A stretch of DNA of 64,000 nt from Chloroflexota bacterium (GCA_019873625.1 JAIOAW010000014.1:9925-73924); one strand, 5' to 3'. Shown: positions 1 to 10,120, counted from the stretch's first letter. A program made the numbers and translations. The notes: generated from the letters alone by a model not told the origin.

Positions 1-416
1 TCGATGGCCCGGCTAGCCCCCAAAAAAAGGAGGAGTAGGACCCCCGTATAGCCAAAGATGAGCCGCGAATAGTAGGTGGGCGTGGCCAAAAAGATGATAA
101 AGATCATAATGGCAATGCTGATCAACGCGCTGCGGAAGACGAGATAGAACTCGTTGAACAGCCCCCGGCCGCGCTCGACGCGGTAGGCGCCCTCCAGCCA
201 CAGGGTGGCGAGGAGGATGGCCCCAAGCGCGAGCATACTGGGGATGTACACGCGAAAAGGCACATAATAGCGCGGCTCCACCTCCAAAAACCACTGGAGG
301 CGGTAGCGCACGATATAGGCCGTGAGGAAGGCCAGGCACGTCAAGGCCAAATCCACTACAGGTTTTAGGTAGCACCATGCGGTGCGGTCAGCCTGGGTTC
401 TCGCTTTCGCTGGCAT
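1..416 (-). CDS. Undecaprenyl-phosphate sugar phosphotransferase (WcaJ/WbaP-like), N-terminal membrane part; runs off window start
   Basis: Not in the ORF track in this frame. ATG at 416 reads MPAKARTQ...VVDLALTCLAFLTAYIVRY...YSRLIFGYTG, with four hydrophobic segments typical of the N-terminus of polyprenyl glycosylphosphotransferases. It overlaps the end of the upstream GT4 gene. Confidence 0.7.
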   Translation of the reverse strand, partial: MPAKARTQADRTAWCYLKPVVDLALTCLAFLTAYIVRYRLQWFLEVEPRYYVPFRVYIPSMLALGAILLATLWLEGAYRVERGRGLFNEFYLVFRSALISIAIMIFIIFLATPTYYSRLIFGYTGVLLLLFLGASRAI

Positions 417-1554
417 CGTTCCCCTGCAAGATATGATGATAGACGGCCGCCGTGCGCTGGGCCGTGCGGCGCCAGGTGAGTTGCGCGGCGCGTTCCAAAC
501 CGGCGCGTCGTAAAGTCTCGCGGAGGGCGGCATCCTCCAGAAGCGCGGCCATCGCCTCGGCGAGCGCTTGGGGATCATCTGGGTCAACCAAAAGGCCGGC
601 CTCGCCTACCGCCTCCGGCAGCGACGACGCGCGCGAGGCGATCACCGGGGTGCCGCAGGCCATCGCCTCGAGGGGCGGCAGGCCAAACCCCTCGTAGCGC
701 GAGGGGTAGACGAATATCTCGGCGGCGCTGTACCAATAAGGGAGATCGCCATCCGCTGCGTACCCCGCAAAGCGCACCGCTTGCCCCAGCCCCAAGTGCG
801 AGGCGCGCTCAAAAAGGGCCTCATAATACCATCCCTTCCCGCCCACCAAGACGAGCATATGCGGCACGCGGTGGCGCGCCTTGAGCAGGGCAAAGGCCTC
901 GAGGAGGAGGGAAAGGTTCTTGCGCGGCTCCAGCGTCCCCACAAAGAGGATGTAAGGGCGCTCCAGCCCTTGGCGCTGGCGAAAGGCCGCGAGGGCCGAC
1001 GGGTCCGCGATGGGATGCAAGGTTTCCTCCACGCCCAAAGGGATGGCCGTAACGCGCTCTGGCGGGGCGCCCAAGATGCGGATCACATCCTGCCGGGTGG
1101 CCTCGGAATCCGCGATGATGTGCACCGCCTGGCGCGCCGAACGCCGCAGTTGCGTCTGCTGATAAAGACGCCGCGAGGGCCGATAAAGTTCTGGGAAGAG
1201 AAAGGGCGAAAGGTCATGAATCGTAACCACCGTGGGGCACGGTGCCCACGGCGGGATGACGTTCACCGGAGCGTGGAGCAGGGCCACGCCGGCCCGCCTG
1301 CTCTGCCAGGGCAAGCCGAGGAATTCCCAGGCGACGCGCGCCGGCGGCCAAGCCGTGCGCCATAGAGAGCGCCATCCTTCCCAGCCCGCTGGAGCGGTAT
1401 GGCCCGGCGAAAGAAAGGCGATATAATCGCAAAAGGGGTCCACCTGGGGCAGCCATTCGAGGAGCCGCTCGATGTAGCGGCTGACGCCCGCCTTGCGGTA
1501 AGAGGTTTCATAAGATAGAAGGTGAGCGTTCAAGCCCACCCGTGCTCTCCTCAC
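388..1554 (-). CDS. Glycosyltransferase family 4 (GT4/Glycos_transf_1)
   Basis: [17 protein letters not shown] and [19 protein letters not shown] motifs. Confidence 0.93.
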   Translation of the reverse strand: MRRARVGLNAHLLSYETSYRKAGVSRYIERLLEWLPQVDPFCDYIAFLSPGHTAPAGWEGWRSLWRTAWPPARVAWEFLGLPWQSRRAGVALLHAPVNVIPPWAPCPTVVTIHDLSPFLFPELYRPSRRLYQQTQLRRSARQAVHIIADSEATRQDVIRILGAPPERVTAIPLGVEETLHPIADPSALAAFRQRQGLERPYILFVGTLEPRKNLSLLLEAFALLKARHRVPHMLVLVGGKGWYYEALFERASHLGLGQAVRFAGYAADGDLPYWYSAAEIFVYPSRYEGFGLPPLEAMACGTPVIASRASSLPEAVGEAGLLVDPDDPQALAEAMAALLEDAALRETLRRAGLERAAQLTWRRTAQRTAAVYHHILQGNDASESENPG

Positions 1555-1597
1555 CGGGCCGCCTCCTGCGAAACCTTTGGGGTCGCTACGCGCCGAA

Positions 1598-2709
1598 TCA
1601 TCGAGAAAGCACCTCGCGATAGAAAGCCACCGTCTTGGCGGCGATCTGGGCTTGGGAGTAATGCGCGAGCACGCGATCGCGGCCCCGGCGCGCTAGGTCT
1701 TGGCGCAAAGCGCCATCGTTCTGGAGCCTCTCCAAGCATTGGCGCAGACGCAAAGCCTCCCCTTCGGGGAAGATGAGGCCGGCCTCGCCGATGACGTGGG
1801 GGATTTCGCCGGAATCCGAGCCGATGACGGGCACCCCACAGGCCATAGCCTCGATGAGCACGCGCCCGAATTGTTCCTTCCAATTGGGCCGCGTGCGCGA
1901 GGGGAGCACGAGGACGTCCATCTGCGCGAGGAAGGACGGCATATCGCGCGAGGGGATATACCCCGCAAAATGGGCGCGGGCGCCCAGCCCTGCCTGTTCC
2001 AGTGCCTTTTCCATCCGATCGCGATACGGCCCCTGCCCGCCGATGAGAAGCCGCCATTCGCCCCCCAGGCCGGCGAGCGCCTCGACCAACGTACCTAACC
2101 CCTTTGCCTCCTCCAGCCGGCCCGCATAGCCAATGGTAAAAGGGCGGTCGGCAGCCGGCTGGGGAGAGGGAGCAAAAAGGGTTGGATCCACCCCGAATTG
2201 GGGGATGACCTCAAGCGGCCCGCGATACCCCTTTTGGCGGAGCACCTCGGCGGCCGCGCGGTTGCCGGCGATTGCGCCATCCACCCCCGCATAGACGGCC
2301 TTCTCCAGCCGAGAAAACGGCCAGGGGTAGCGCCGCGCGATGTTCTGCCAGGTGAAAAGATGGCCTTTGCTCCCACCCGTCGCGCCGCCCGCAGGGCGTG
2401 ATAGGTGGCCCAGTTGTAGGGTTCCTCGTCAATATGGCAAAGGTCGGGCCGCGTTTCGGCCAGAATCTGCCCTAGGCGGGGGTAAAAGTGCAGATGATAG
2501 GCCCCGTTGAAGGCCATCGGCGTGACGATGAGGCGGTACCCTTCGGTGTGGGCCTGCTCCAGCGCGATGCGCTGGCGGCCTTCGCGCCAATAGGGGGGCA
2601 CGACGGCTGTGAGTTCCAACTCTGGGGCACAGCGGGCCATCTCGACGAGTTTCGTCTGGTAGGCGCCTATGACAAAGGCTTTGGAAATGAGCGTTACCCT
2701 CAAGTGCAT
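1598..2709 (-). pseudogene. GT4 glycosyltransferase split by a 1-nt frameshift (true pseudogene or sequencing indel)
   Basis: The N-half (MHLRVTLISKAF...HIDEEPYNWAT...AKAIF) and the C-half (GAIAGN...EQFGRVLIEAMACGVPVIGSDSGEIP) are in different frames. Adding one T to the minus-strand TTTT at 2355-2358 restores AIFFTWQNIARRYPWPF and a continuous GT4. Confidence 0.8.
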
Positions 2710-2757
2710 CCCCCCGTTGGATCTTTGCACTGCCTTGAGGCGTGAGCGACGGCCACC

Positions 2758-2786
2758 ATTCTAACCTTGCCGCCGAAGGGCTGCAA
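2758..2786 (-). promoter_or_regulatory. Putative sigma70 promoter of the glycosyltransferase operon
   Basis: TTGCAG-17 bp-TAGAAT on the minus strand, about 50 bp upstream of the ATG at 2709. Confidence 0.5.
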
Positions 2787-2965
2787 AAATCAATCCCGGC
2801 CGATTCCCTCTGTGGCCGGCGAGGCACCTCCGCACTCGGTTCTTTCGGGAGGGGCAGCGTGCCCAACAAGCGCTGGGGGGAGCAACCAGGCTTGAGAAGG
2901 CCGATGCGGCCCACGCGAGGCGCGAAAACAAGCCCCTGAGATGGGGTTCCCCACACCACCCAAGG
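2785..2965 (-). ncRNA. Candidate structured ncRNA or cis-regulatory leader, family unassigned
   Basis: Follows a strong-looking promoter. A long closing stem (2943-2967 with 2805-2831) contains G-U pairs only on the minus strand. There are internal hairpins, and it ends in a CCGGCC/GGCCGG hairpin plus a U-rich tail. Confidence 0.35.
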
Positions 2966-2966
2966 G

Positions 2967-2996
2967 ATTATACGGTCAAGTTGGCCGAAGCGTCAA
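2967..2996 (-). promoter_or_regulatory. Putative sigma70 promoter upstream of the structured element
   Basis: TTGACG-18 bp-TATAAT on the minus strand. Confidence 0.6.
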
Positions 2997-3022
2997 AGTG
3001 CGGCTGTCGCCAAGGGTAAAGG

Positions 3023-3050
3023 TTGCATCTAGCCGCCCACCCTCTATAAT
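3023..3050 (+). promoter_or_regulatory. Putative sigma70 promoter
   Basis: TTGCAT-16 bp-TATAAT upstream of an AGGAGG RBS and the ATG at 3083. Confidence 0.5.
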
Positions 3051-3082
3051 GCCCATAGAACACGTGCTATAGGAGGGGCGCG

Positions 3083-4285
3083 ATGCGCATCGTGATGTTG
3101 AGTTGGGAATATCCGCCCCATGTGGTAGGGGGCCTGGGCAAGCACGTGGGCGATCTATCGCCTGCCCTGGCGCGGCGGGGGGTTCACGTCCACGTCGTAA
3201 CGCCCTGGGCCAGCCCGACGCAGCGCGAGGAACAGGCCCCCGGCCTTTGGGTGCACCGCCTCTCTGCCCCGATGGAAGGCGGATATGGCACTTCATTCTA
3301 TGACCAGGCGATGGCAACCAACGCGGCCCTTTCGGCCGCCTTGCCCGAAATCGTTGAACGCTGGGGGCCTTTTGACCTCATCCATACGCATGATTGGCTC
3401 ACGGCGCCCTGCGCCCGCGACCTGAAACACCGCTACAAACTCCCCCTCATCGCCACCATCCATGCCACCGAGCGCGGGCGCGGCCGGGGGCACCTTCCCA
3501 ACGAGCAGGCGCACCGCATCAACGCCCTCGAGTGGGAACTCACCTATGAGGCTTGGCGCGTCATCTGTTGCACGCGCTATATGGCGCGAGAAATCCAAGA
3601 TTACTTTGCCACCCCGCCCGATAAGATAGACGTCATCCCCAACGGCGTAGACCCCTCTCAATTCGACGCCCTGAACGGCCTCGACCTTTCGGCCTTTCGG
3701 GCGCGCTATGCCTTGCCCGAGGAAAAGATCGTCTTTTATGTGGGGCGCATCGTGGCCGAAAAGGGGGTGGATGTCCTCATCCAGGCGGTGCCCCGCGTGC
3801 TCGAGGGCTATCCTCAGGCCAAGTTCGTCATCGCTGGCCAAGGCCCCGAGTTGGGGCGCCTGCAAGCGATGGCCGAGGCCCTGAGCGTAGGGCATAAGGT
3901 GCTCTTTACGGGGTACATCTCCGATGAGGAGCGCAACCGCCTGTTCAAAGTGGCCGACTGCGCCGTCTTCCCCAGCCTGTATGAGCCATTCGGCATCGTC
4001 GCACTCGAGGCGATGGCCGCTGGCGTGCCCGTGGTGGTGAGCGAGGTGGGCGGCCTGGCGGAGGTGGTGCAACACGGCGAGACGGGCATCACCATCTATC
4101 CGAATGACCCGGCCTCTTGCGCCTGGGGAATCCTGCACACGCTCCAGCACCCCCATTGGGCACAGCGCCGCGTGGAGAACGCCCAACGCGTGGTGCGCAC
4201 CGTGTACAATTGGGATACTATCGCCGCGCAGACGGAGGCCGTTTACCGCCGGATCATCGAAGAGCGCGCCCGCGTGGCCTGGTGA
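3083..4285 (+). CDS. GT4 glycosyltransferase (glycogen-synthase-like alpha-glucan GT4)
   Basis: MLSWEYPPHVVGGLGKHV, HTHDWL, ATIHATE and YEPFGIVALEAMAAG; AGGAGG RBS. Confidence 0.9.
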   Translation: MRIVMLSWEYPPHVVGGLGKHVGDLSPALARRGVHVHVVTPWASPTQREEQAPGLWVHRLSAPMEGGYGTSFYDQAMATNAALSAALPEIVERWGPFDLIHTHDWLTAPCARDLKHRYKLPLIATIHATERGRGRGHLPNEQAHRINALEWELTYEAWRVICCTRYMAREIQDYFATPPDKIDVIPNGVDPSQFDALNGLDLSAFRARYALPEEKIVFYVGRIVAEKGVDVLIQAVPRVLEGYPQAKFVIAGQGPELGRLQAMAEALSVGHKVLFTGYISDEERNRLFKVADCAVFPSLYEPFGIVALEAMAAGVPVVVSEVGGLAEVVQHGETGITIYPNDPASCAWGILHTLQHPHWAQRRVENAQRVVRTVYNWDTIAAQTEAVYRRIIEERARVAW

Positions 4286-4287
4286 GG

Positions 4288-5598
4288 TTAAACGCCGCGC
4301 AGGATATCGTAAATGAGCGGGGGAGCCTGCACCGGTGCCTCCGCCCACTGGCAGGCCGCAAGGACGCGCTGCGCGGCCATTTGAGCAGAAGCCTCATCCG
4401 CCGCGTGGATGACCGCCAGCGGTTCCCCGCGGGGGATGTCCTCTCCCATCTTGTGCATCAGAGCGATCCCCACGCGGGGGTCAATGGCATCCTCCTTGCG
4501 CGCCCGCCCCGCACCCAGCATCACCGCCGTGAGGCCGATTTCCTGGGCATCGAGCGCCGCCAGGTACCCCTCGCGCGGCGCGGGAACGACCAGCCGATAA
4601 GGGGCTTGGGGCAACAGGGTGGGGTCATCCGCCACGCGGGGGTCCCCGCCCTGGCCAGCGATCCAGGCGCGGAACCGCTCCAAGGCGGCGCCGCTGGCGA
4701 GGGCCTGCTCAAGCGCCTGGCGCGCTTCGGGCACATCGTTCGCGGCCCCGCCGAGCACGGCCATCTCGCTCGCCACTGCCAGGCAGTGCTCGCGGAGATC
4801 GTGCGGCCCCCCTCCTCGGAGCGTTTCAATCGCCTCGGCCACCTCCAAAGCATTGCCCACGGCCAGGCCCAAAGGTTGGTTCATATCCGAGAGGACGGCC
4901 ACCACCCGCCGCCCCACCCCTTGGCCGATGCGCATCATCAAGCGGGCCAGTTCGCGGGCGCTGGCCAGGTCCGCCATAAAGGCCCCCCGCCCCACTTTGA
5001 CATCGAGCACGATGGCGCTAGCCCCGCCGGCGATCTTTTTGCTCATCACGGAACTCGCGATGAGGGGGATGCTCTCCACGGTGGCCGTCACATCGCGCAG
5101 GGCGTAGAGTTTGCCATCGGCCGGCACGAGGTGCGCCGTCTGAGAGGCCACCACGATGCCCGTGCGCCGTACCGTCTCGAGGAACTCTTCCAGGGAAAGT
5201 GAAACCCGCATCCCAGGGATGGATTCGAGTTTATCCAGCGTCCCGCCGGAAAACCCTAGCCCCCGGCCCGACATTTTCGCCACCGGCAACCCCACGGCCG
5301 CCACGAGCGGCGCCACGACGAGGGTCGTCTTGTCTCCCACGCCGCCCGTGGAGTGTTTATCCACCACGGGGGCGCCCAGGGCGCTGAGGTCTATCACTTC
5401 GCCCGAATGGACCATCGCCATCGTCAAGGCGATGATCTCCTCCTCGGTCATCCCCCGCAGATACACGGCCATCAGCCAGGCCGCCGCCTGATAATCTGGA
5501 ATGTCGCCGCGCGCGTACCCCTGCACAAAGAAGGCGATCTCTTCCGGCGTAAGGGGCAAACCATCTCGCTTTTTGGCGATGATCTCCACGGCGCGCAC
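4288..5598 (-). CDS. pdp: Pyrimidine-nucleoside (thymidine) phosphorylase
   Basis: IIAKKRDG, DKHSTGGVGDKT, KMSGRGLGFSGGTLDKLESIPG and SKKIAGG motifs. Confidence 0.96.
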   Translation of the reverse strand: MRAVEIIAKKRDGLPLTPEEIAFFVQGYARGDIPDYQAAAWLMAVYLRGMTEEEIIALTMAMVHSGEVIDLSALGAPVVDKHSTGGVGDKTTLVVAPLVAAVGLPVAKMSGRGLGFSGGTLDKLESIPGMRVSLSLEEFLETVRRTGIVVASQTAHLVPADGKLYALRDVTATVESIPLIASSVMSKKIAGGASAIVLDVKVGRGAFMADLASARELARLMMRIGQGVGRRVVAVLSDMNQPLGLAVGNALEVAEAIETLRGGGPHDLREHCLAVASEMAVLGGAANDVPEARQALEQALASGAALERFRAWIAGQGGDPRVADDPTLLPQAPYRLVVPAPREGYLAALDAQEIGLTAVMLGAGRARKEDAIDPRVGIALMHKMGEDIPRGEPLAVIHAADEASAQMAAQRVLAACQWAEAPVQAPPLIYDILRGV

Positions 5599-5616
5599 GG
5601 TCTTCCTCCTCTCCCC

Positions 5617-6084
5617 TCAACGCGTTGTGATGAACCGGCCGCCCCCGCTACGCCACCAAAGGGCGATGCCCAGGATGGCTAAGGTAGCCTCTAAAAGGAG
5701 GGACGTCTTTGAGAAATCCCCCAGGCTGCTCCGCAGGCCCGTGGGGCCGGTGTGATACGTATAACGTTTGAAAGGCCACCAAGGGTAGATGCGCCCTGGG
5801 TTGAAATGGGCGTTCACCTCATCGCAGAGGAGGTGAACACCGTAGCCCACCGCCCACCCCTTGGCGAAGGATCGGCCCGCCAAATGGCCGGCGAGGTATG
5901 TCGTCGCCCCCCAAAAAAGGAGGCTATGCGCCGGGATGCGGTCGTTCGGGGTGATCCGCGTGAGCCAACGGATGGGTTTGTCAATCATATCGGGGCACAT
6001 CGAAGCGGCCATAGCCCCTCGGGTAGGCACGCGGAGCGCTTTGCTCGCGATGAACGCGGCCGCGATATGCCCTGGCAAGATCAT
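5617..6084 (-). CDS. Membrane metal-dependent hydrolase (YdjM-like)
   Basis: PGH at the N-terminus, PDMIDKP, HSLLF, HLLCD and WPF motifs with hydrophobic segments. Confidence 0.7.
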   Translation of the reverse strand: MILPGHIAAAFIASKALRVPTRGAMAASMCPDMIDKPIRWLTRITPNDRIPAHSLLFWGATTYLAGHLAGRSFAKGWAVGYGVHLLCDEVNAHFNPGRIYPWWPFKRYTYHTGPTGLRSSLGDFSKTSLLLEATLAILGIALWWRSGGGRFITTR

Positions 6085-6200
6085 TGGCCCTTCTCCTTGG
6101 GGGGATTCTAGGGGGTGGGCGAGGCGCCGTCAAGTGCTTGGGTTTGTGAGGTTGCCCTGGCAATGTTACAATGCGCCCGTTCACCAACCGCGAGGGCCTG

Positions 6201-8519
6201 ATGAAACGCCTTTTGCCCATCTTCTCCAAACTGCGCGCGTTCAGGATTCCCGATGTGCGCTCGAAGGTTAAAATCGCCTTCAAGCGCTCGCGGGGCGCCC
6301 TCACTGCAGCCCAAGAAGCGGCCTCTCAGGCTTTTGCGCTCCTCATCGCCGGATGGCGCGCGCTGTGCCTCCTTGGGCCGCGTTGGCCTCGGCGCCACCC
6401 AGCGCGCGCGGCCGGCGAAGGCGTGGGGCGGCGCTTTGCGCGAACCCTTTCCACAGCGTGTAGGGCGCTCCTGATAGGCCTCCTTCTCGGCGCGCTGCGC
6501 GTCAGCCGCCTGCGCATCCCCAAGGCGCCTTGGCCCCCAATCTGCCGTCGGATAGGGGCGCGCCTGGGGCGCCTTGGGCGAGGGCTTTTTGCAAGAGATC
6601 GGGGTATCTTTGGGGGTCTCCTCTTGCTCGCCGGCCTGATGCGTTTTATGGAGATGGACGCCATCCCCTTCGGGCCGGGAGAGGCTTATCCTCTGGCGCA
6701 GGCCGAAACGCTCCTGCGCTCGCTCGGCTCCTCCGGCCTCCCCGAAAGGGCGCCGCTTCTGGCGATCCTTCTTGCCATACCGGTGGCGCTCAACCGAGAC
6801 CCCCGCTGGGCGGCTGGGTTTGTGGCCCTCCTCAACGTGGGCGCCCTTGCGCTCTTCTATGCCGCCCTACGGCGCTATTGGGGACGGCGATTGGCTGCGT
6901 TAGTAGGCCTCCTCGTGGCCGTTTTGCCGTGGGCCGTCTTGCCGGCGCGGAGCCTCGCCCCGGAGGGATTCCTCTTGCCGCTTGGGCTTGTCGTGTTCTC
7001 CGTCCTTTTGAGCGGCATCGAGGGGCGCAACCCTTGGGCCTGGGCAGCGGCGCCCTTGGCCGCTGGGTTGGCTTTCTTCGCCTCGCCGTGGGGCCTTACG
7101 CTCGTATTCATCCTCGCGGTGGCGATTCTCTTTTACTGGCGGCGCGTTCGCTGGGGATATGTGGCCCTAGGGTGCGCCCTCCTCGCCTTGGCCGCAGGAC
7201 CCTATCTCGATTCGCTACTGCGGGCGAAGGGCAACCTGGCGGGCCTGTGGGCCTCATCTCCCGCCCCGAACGCCCCCCTCTTGGAGGGGCTTTCTCCCTT
7301 TATGGCCCTCTTGGCTCAAAGGGATGCCCTTTTGGAGGGCGTCGGCTATTTCATCTACGGCTTGTGGGGGGCCTCGCTCGTCCTTTCCGTCTGGGGGACC
7401 TTTTACGCCTGGAGCCACTGGCAAGCGGGGCAGCCCATCAGCCGTTACCTGTTGAGCGCCATCTGGAACGGGGCCATACTCCTCGCTGTGGCGCTCAAGC
7501 CGATGCCCTTGGCGCCGAGGGAATTGGCCGCCCTCTTGGTGCCCGGCAGTGCGGTGGGGGTGGCACTGATCCTGGACCTTTCGGCCCTTTTGCCACGGGG
7601 CCGGCACGCTCAGCGGCGCTCTAGAGCGGCAGTTTGGCTGGGGCTTATCCCGTGGGTTGTGTGCCTGGCCCTAGTGCTGTGGGGTGTATATGCCGTGGGG
7701 TTGATAGAAGCCTCTGCCACGGAGGGGTACCTCGCCGGCTATGGCAAAACTTACTATGCCTGGCGCGAGGCCCGCGAGGCCGTACTGCGCGAGGCCCGCA
7801 CCGCCCAGGGCGACCAGGTATGGATCGTAGAAGTTGCCGCACCGGCCCCGTGGGAAGCGCAAGGCCAACCTCTGCGCTACCTCCTCGGCCAGGAGATGGG
7901 CGCTGCCACGCTCTACCAAAAGCCGGGGGCCATCCTTTTGCCGGCCGAGAGGCCGGGCGTCTATGTGCGCTTTGGAGAGGCGCCTTGGCTGGAGCGCCTC
8001 ATCGCCTATTTGGGCGAAGGCACCTCTCTCCCAAGGCCCCAAGGCGACCTCTTGGTGAACATCCTACCCGCGCGAAGGGCCGAGGAGATGCTGGCCCTCA
8101 TCCCCGAGCGAACCCTGTACTCGTTCGACGCGGGCTTGCACCTTGTGGGCTACCAATGGCCTGAGGCCCACTCGGGTGAGATCATCGCCCTCGCCACATA
8201 CTGGGCGTTTTGGGATATTCCCCCGCGCGAGCAGGCCTTCGCGCACCGCCTCGTGCTCACCTTGGCCGATGCGCAAGGCCGCCCCCTCGCGCAAAGCGAG
8301 GGCTTGGGCCTCGAGGCGCACGATTGGCAAGAGGGTCTGCTCCTCGAGCAGTGGCACCTGCTCGACCTAGCCGGTGTGCCGCCGGGGGCCTATGCCCTGG
8401 TGGTGCGCCTCGAGCGAAGCGACGGCACTCTTTGCCTGTATGTGAGCGAGACGGGCACGCCTCTGGGGAGCGGCGTGGCCCTCGGGCCGGTGACCGTGCT
8501 GCCTCGCCTCAAGCCCTAA
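6201..8519 (+). CDS. Polytopic membrane protein, ArnT/PMT (GT39/GT-C)-like, with a C-terminal extracellular domain
   Basis: More than 10 predicted TM segments. The C-terminal LHLVGY...LATYW...W.EG...H.L..PPG.Y.L motif is typical of Chloroflexi GT-C proteins. Start uncertain (6171 or 6201). Confidence 0.6.
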   Translation: MKRLLPIFSKLRAFRIPDVRSKVKIAFKRSRGALTAAQEAASQAFALLIAGWRALCLLGPRWPRRHPARAAGEGVGRRFARTLSTACRALLIGLLLGALRVSRLRIPKAPWPPICRRIGARLGRLGRGLFARDRGIFGGLLLLAGLMRFMEMDAIPFGPGEAYPLAQAETLLRSLGSSGLPERAPLLAILLAIPVALNRDPRWAAGFVALLNVGALALFYAALRRYWGRRLAALVGLLVAVLPWAVLPARSLAPEGFLLPLGLVVFSVLLSGIEGRNPWAWAAAPLAAGLAFFASPWGLTLVFILAVAILFYWRRVRWGYVALGCALLALAAGPYLDSLLRAKGNLAGLWASSPAPNAPLLEGLSPFMALLAQRDALLEGVGYFIYGLWGASLVLSVWGTFYAWSHWQAGQPISRYLLSAIWNGAILLAVALKPMPLAPRELAALLVPGSAVGVALILDLSALLPRGRHAQRRSRAAVWLGLIPWVVCLALVLWGVYAVGLIEASATEGYLAGYGKTYYAWREAREAVLREARTAQGDQVWIVEVAAPAPWEAQGQPLRYLLGQEMGAATLYQKPGAILLPAERPGVYVRFGEAPWLERLIAYLGEGTSLPRPQGDLLVNILPARRAEEMLALIPERTLYSFDAGLHLVGYQWPEAHSGEIIALATYWAFWDIPPREQAFAHRLVLTLADAQGRPLAQSEGLGLEAHDWQEGLLLEQWHLLDLAGVPPGAYALVVRLERSDGTLCLYVSETGTPLGSGVALGPVTVLPRLKP

Positions 8520-8968
8520 CGATCCGAAGGCGGGCGTGAACCCTCCGAATGGATCCAGCGATCGGCGAGTTTGCCCATCCAATGCAAGATGATGAACACG
8601 AGCACGCAGGCGGGCACCGCCACCTCATAGACGCCGATGCCCACGGCATAGCCGATGGCCGCTGCCGCCCACAGCGAGGCCGCCGTAGTCAGCCAGCGCA
8701 CCTCCGCCCGAGATTGAAGGATGACGCCCGCCCCCAGGAACCCGATTCCCTGGGCGATACCGGCCATAGCGCGCACGGCATCCAACGTTTCGCCCGAACG
8801 CTCGGCGGCAAAGGTCGCGCTCATCACATAGATGGTCGAGGCCAACGAAACGAGCATCACCGTGCGAAAGCCAGCCGGCTTGTGCTGTTTTTCGCGCTCC
8901 CAGCCGATGATCCCGCCGAGAAGCGCCGAGAGAAGCAACTTGCCGATGACCTCAAGCCAAATACCCAT
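8516..8968 (-). CDS. MgtC/SapB family membrane protein
   Basis: GGIIGWERE...KPAGFRT, GIGFLGAGVI and LTTAASLWAAAAIG. Confidence 0.92.
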   Translation of the reverse strand: MGIWLEVIGKLLLSALLGGIIGWEREKQHKPAGFRTVMLVSLASTIYVMSATFAAERSGETLDAVRAMAGIAQGIGFLGAGVILQSRAEVRWLTTAASLWAAAAIGYAVGIGVYEVAVPACVLVFIILHWMGKLADRWIHSEGSRPPSDR

Positions 8969-9060
8969 CGCTGCACTCCTGAAAGGGTCTCACAAAACTG
9001 CTTGAAAAGGGCCTGCATTTGGGCTAGAATGACGCCCAAGGGCGCCCGAAACGAGGGTTT

Positions 9061-10065
9061 ATGAACCGCCGATCATGCCTTGTGCAATTGGTGTTTTTCA
9101 TCTTGATTATGATCGTCATTGCGACGGCCATTCAGCGTTGCCGTACGCGCCCGGCCCTCGTCCAGAGCGCTCTCTCCCCTTCGCGCTCCAGCACGCCCTC
9201 TGCCCAAGCGCCCTCCTTGCTAGGAAGGCTCCAAGCCGCCCTTCCCTTTTTACAAGGGCGCTCGCCCGAAACGGCTGCATCCCCCACGCCAACGCCCACG
9301 CTCGACCTTGAGCATATGGGCATCAAAGGGTTGGGCCTGCCCGTCGTGCAACCTCTCCTCTTCGAAATTCCCAAAGTGCGTGGGCTGGAGGTAGCCGGAG
9401 AGACCCTGTACATCGCCGGCTACGATGGCGACCGCAAACTGGGCCTTCTCTACCAGACGAATCGCGAAGGCCGGGCCATCCTCCAAATGCGCACCTATGC
9501 CCAGGGCGCCCTCTATCGCCTGGGCGGCCTGCACCTCGGCCCCGAACGGCTCTGGGTGCCCCTTTCGGCGGAAGATGAGGCGCAAGCGGGCCTCATCCTC
9601 GGTTTGGACCCCCTCTATCTCACGGTTGCCCAAACGGTGCAAACGCCGGAGGGCATCCGCGCCGTGGCCCAGGTGGATGCCCATTCCCTCGTCGGCGTGA
9701 ACGAGGCGGGGGATACGCTCTATCGCTGGGCGCTGGATGGCACGCTCCTCAAAAAGACCTCCGCCCCGGCGGATATCCAATATAAGGATATGGACGTCAT
9801 CCGTGGGAGCCTCATCGCCGCAGGGAAGACGAACGACCGCCTCGGTGCGCTCGACGTGCTCGACCCGGCCACCTTGAGCCTCCTCGTGCGCTACCCGTGT
9901 TACGGGCGCTCGCCCGCCGGCGAACTGGTTACCAGCCGAGGGTTCGCCTTTGATGGCGAGCGCTTTTACTTTTTGCCCGAACAGGGCAAATTCCCCTCCC
10001 TGATGACCTACGAACTGGCCCAAGGGACTTTGGCCGATTATATCCCAAGCACCGCCGAACCGTGA
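9061..10065 (+). CDS. Exported or membrane-anchored beta-propeller-like hypothetical protein (possibly DUF6454-like)
   Basis: N-terminal hydrophobic anchor, Ser/Pro/Thr linker and repeated beta-strand blades (GLEVAGETLYI, GGLHLGPERLWVP, GFAFDGERFYFLPE). Confidence 0.55.
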   Translation: MNRRSCLVQLVFFILIMIVIATAIQRCRTRPALVQSALSPSRSSTPSAQAPSLLGRLQAALPFLQGRSPETAASPTPTPTLDLEHMGIKGLGLPVVQPLLFEIPKVRGLEVAGETLYIAGYDGDRKLGLLYQTNREGRAILQMRTYAQGALYRLGGLHLGPERLWVPLSAEDEAQAGLILGLDPLYLTVAQTVQTPEGIRAVAQVDAHSLVGVNEAGDTLYRWALDGTLLKKTSAPADIQYKDMDVIRGSLIAAGKTNDRLGALDVLDPATLSLLVRYPCYGRSPAGELVTSRGFAFDGERFYFLPEQGKFPSLMTYELAQGTLADYIPSTAEP

Positions 10066-10120
10066 AACGGGGCCTAGTAGGGCATTTTGTCTAGCGGGCT
10101 AAATATGATATAGTATAAGC

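Noticed and set aside
13-378. ORF-track 121-aa protein
   Set aside because: Wrong frame. The overlapping frame starting at 416 gives a recognisable sugar-transferase N-terminus.
2930-2958. Resemblance of GGGGAACCCC...GGGGC to the c-di-AMP (ydaO) riboswitch, or of the whole element to a second 6S RNA
   Set aside because: The GAAUC and CAGCUAAC motifs of ydaO are absent. The 6S conserved blocks are found at 10121-10291, not here. Left unassigned.
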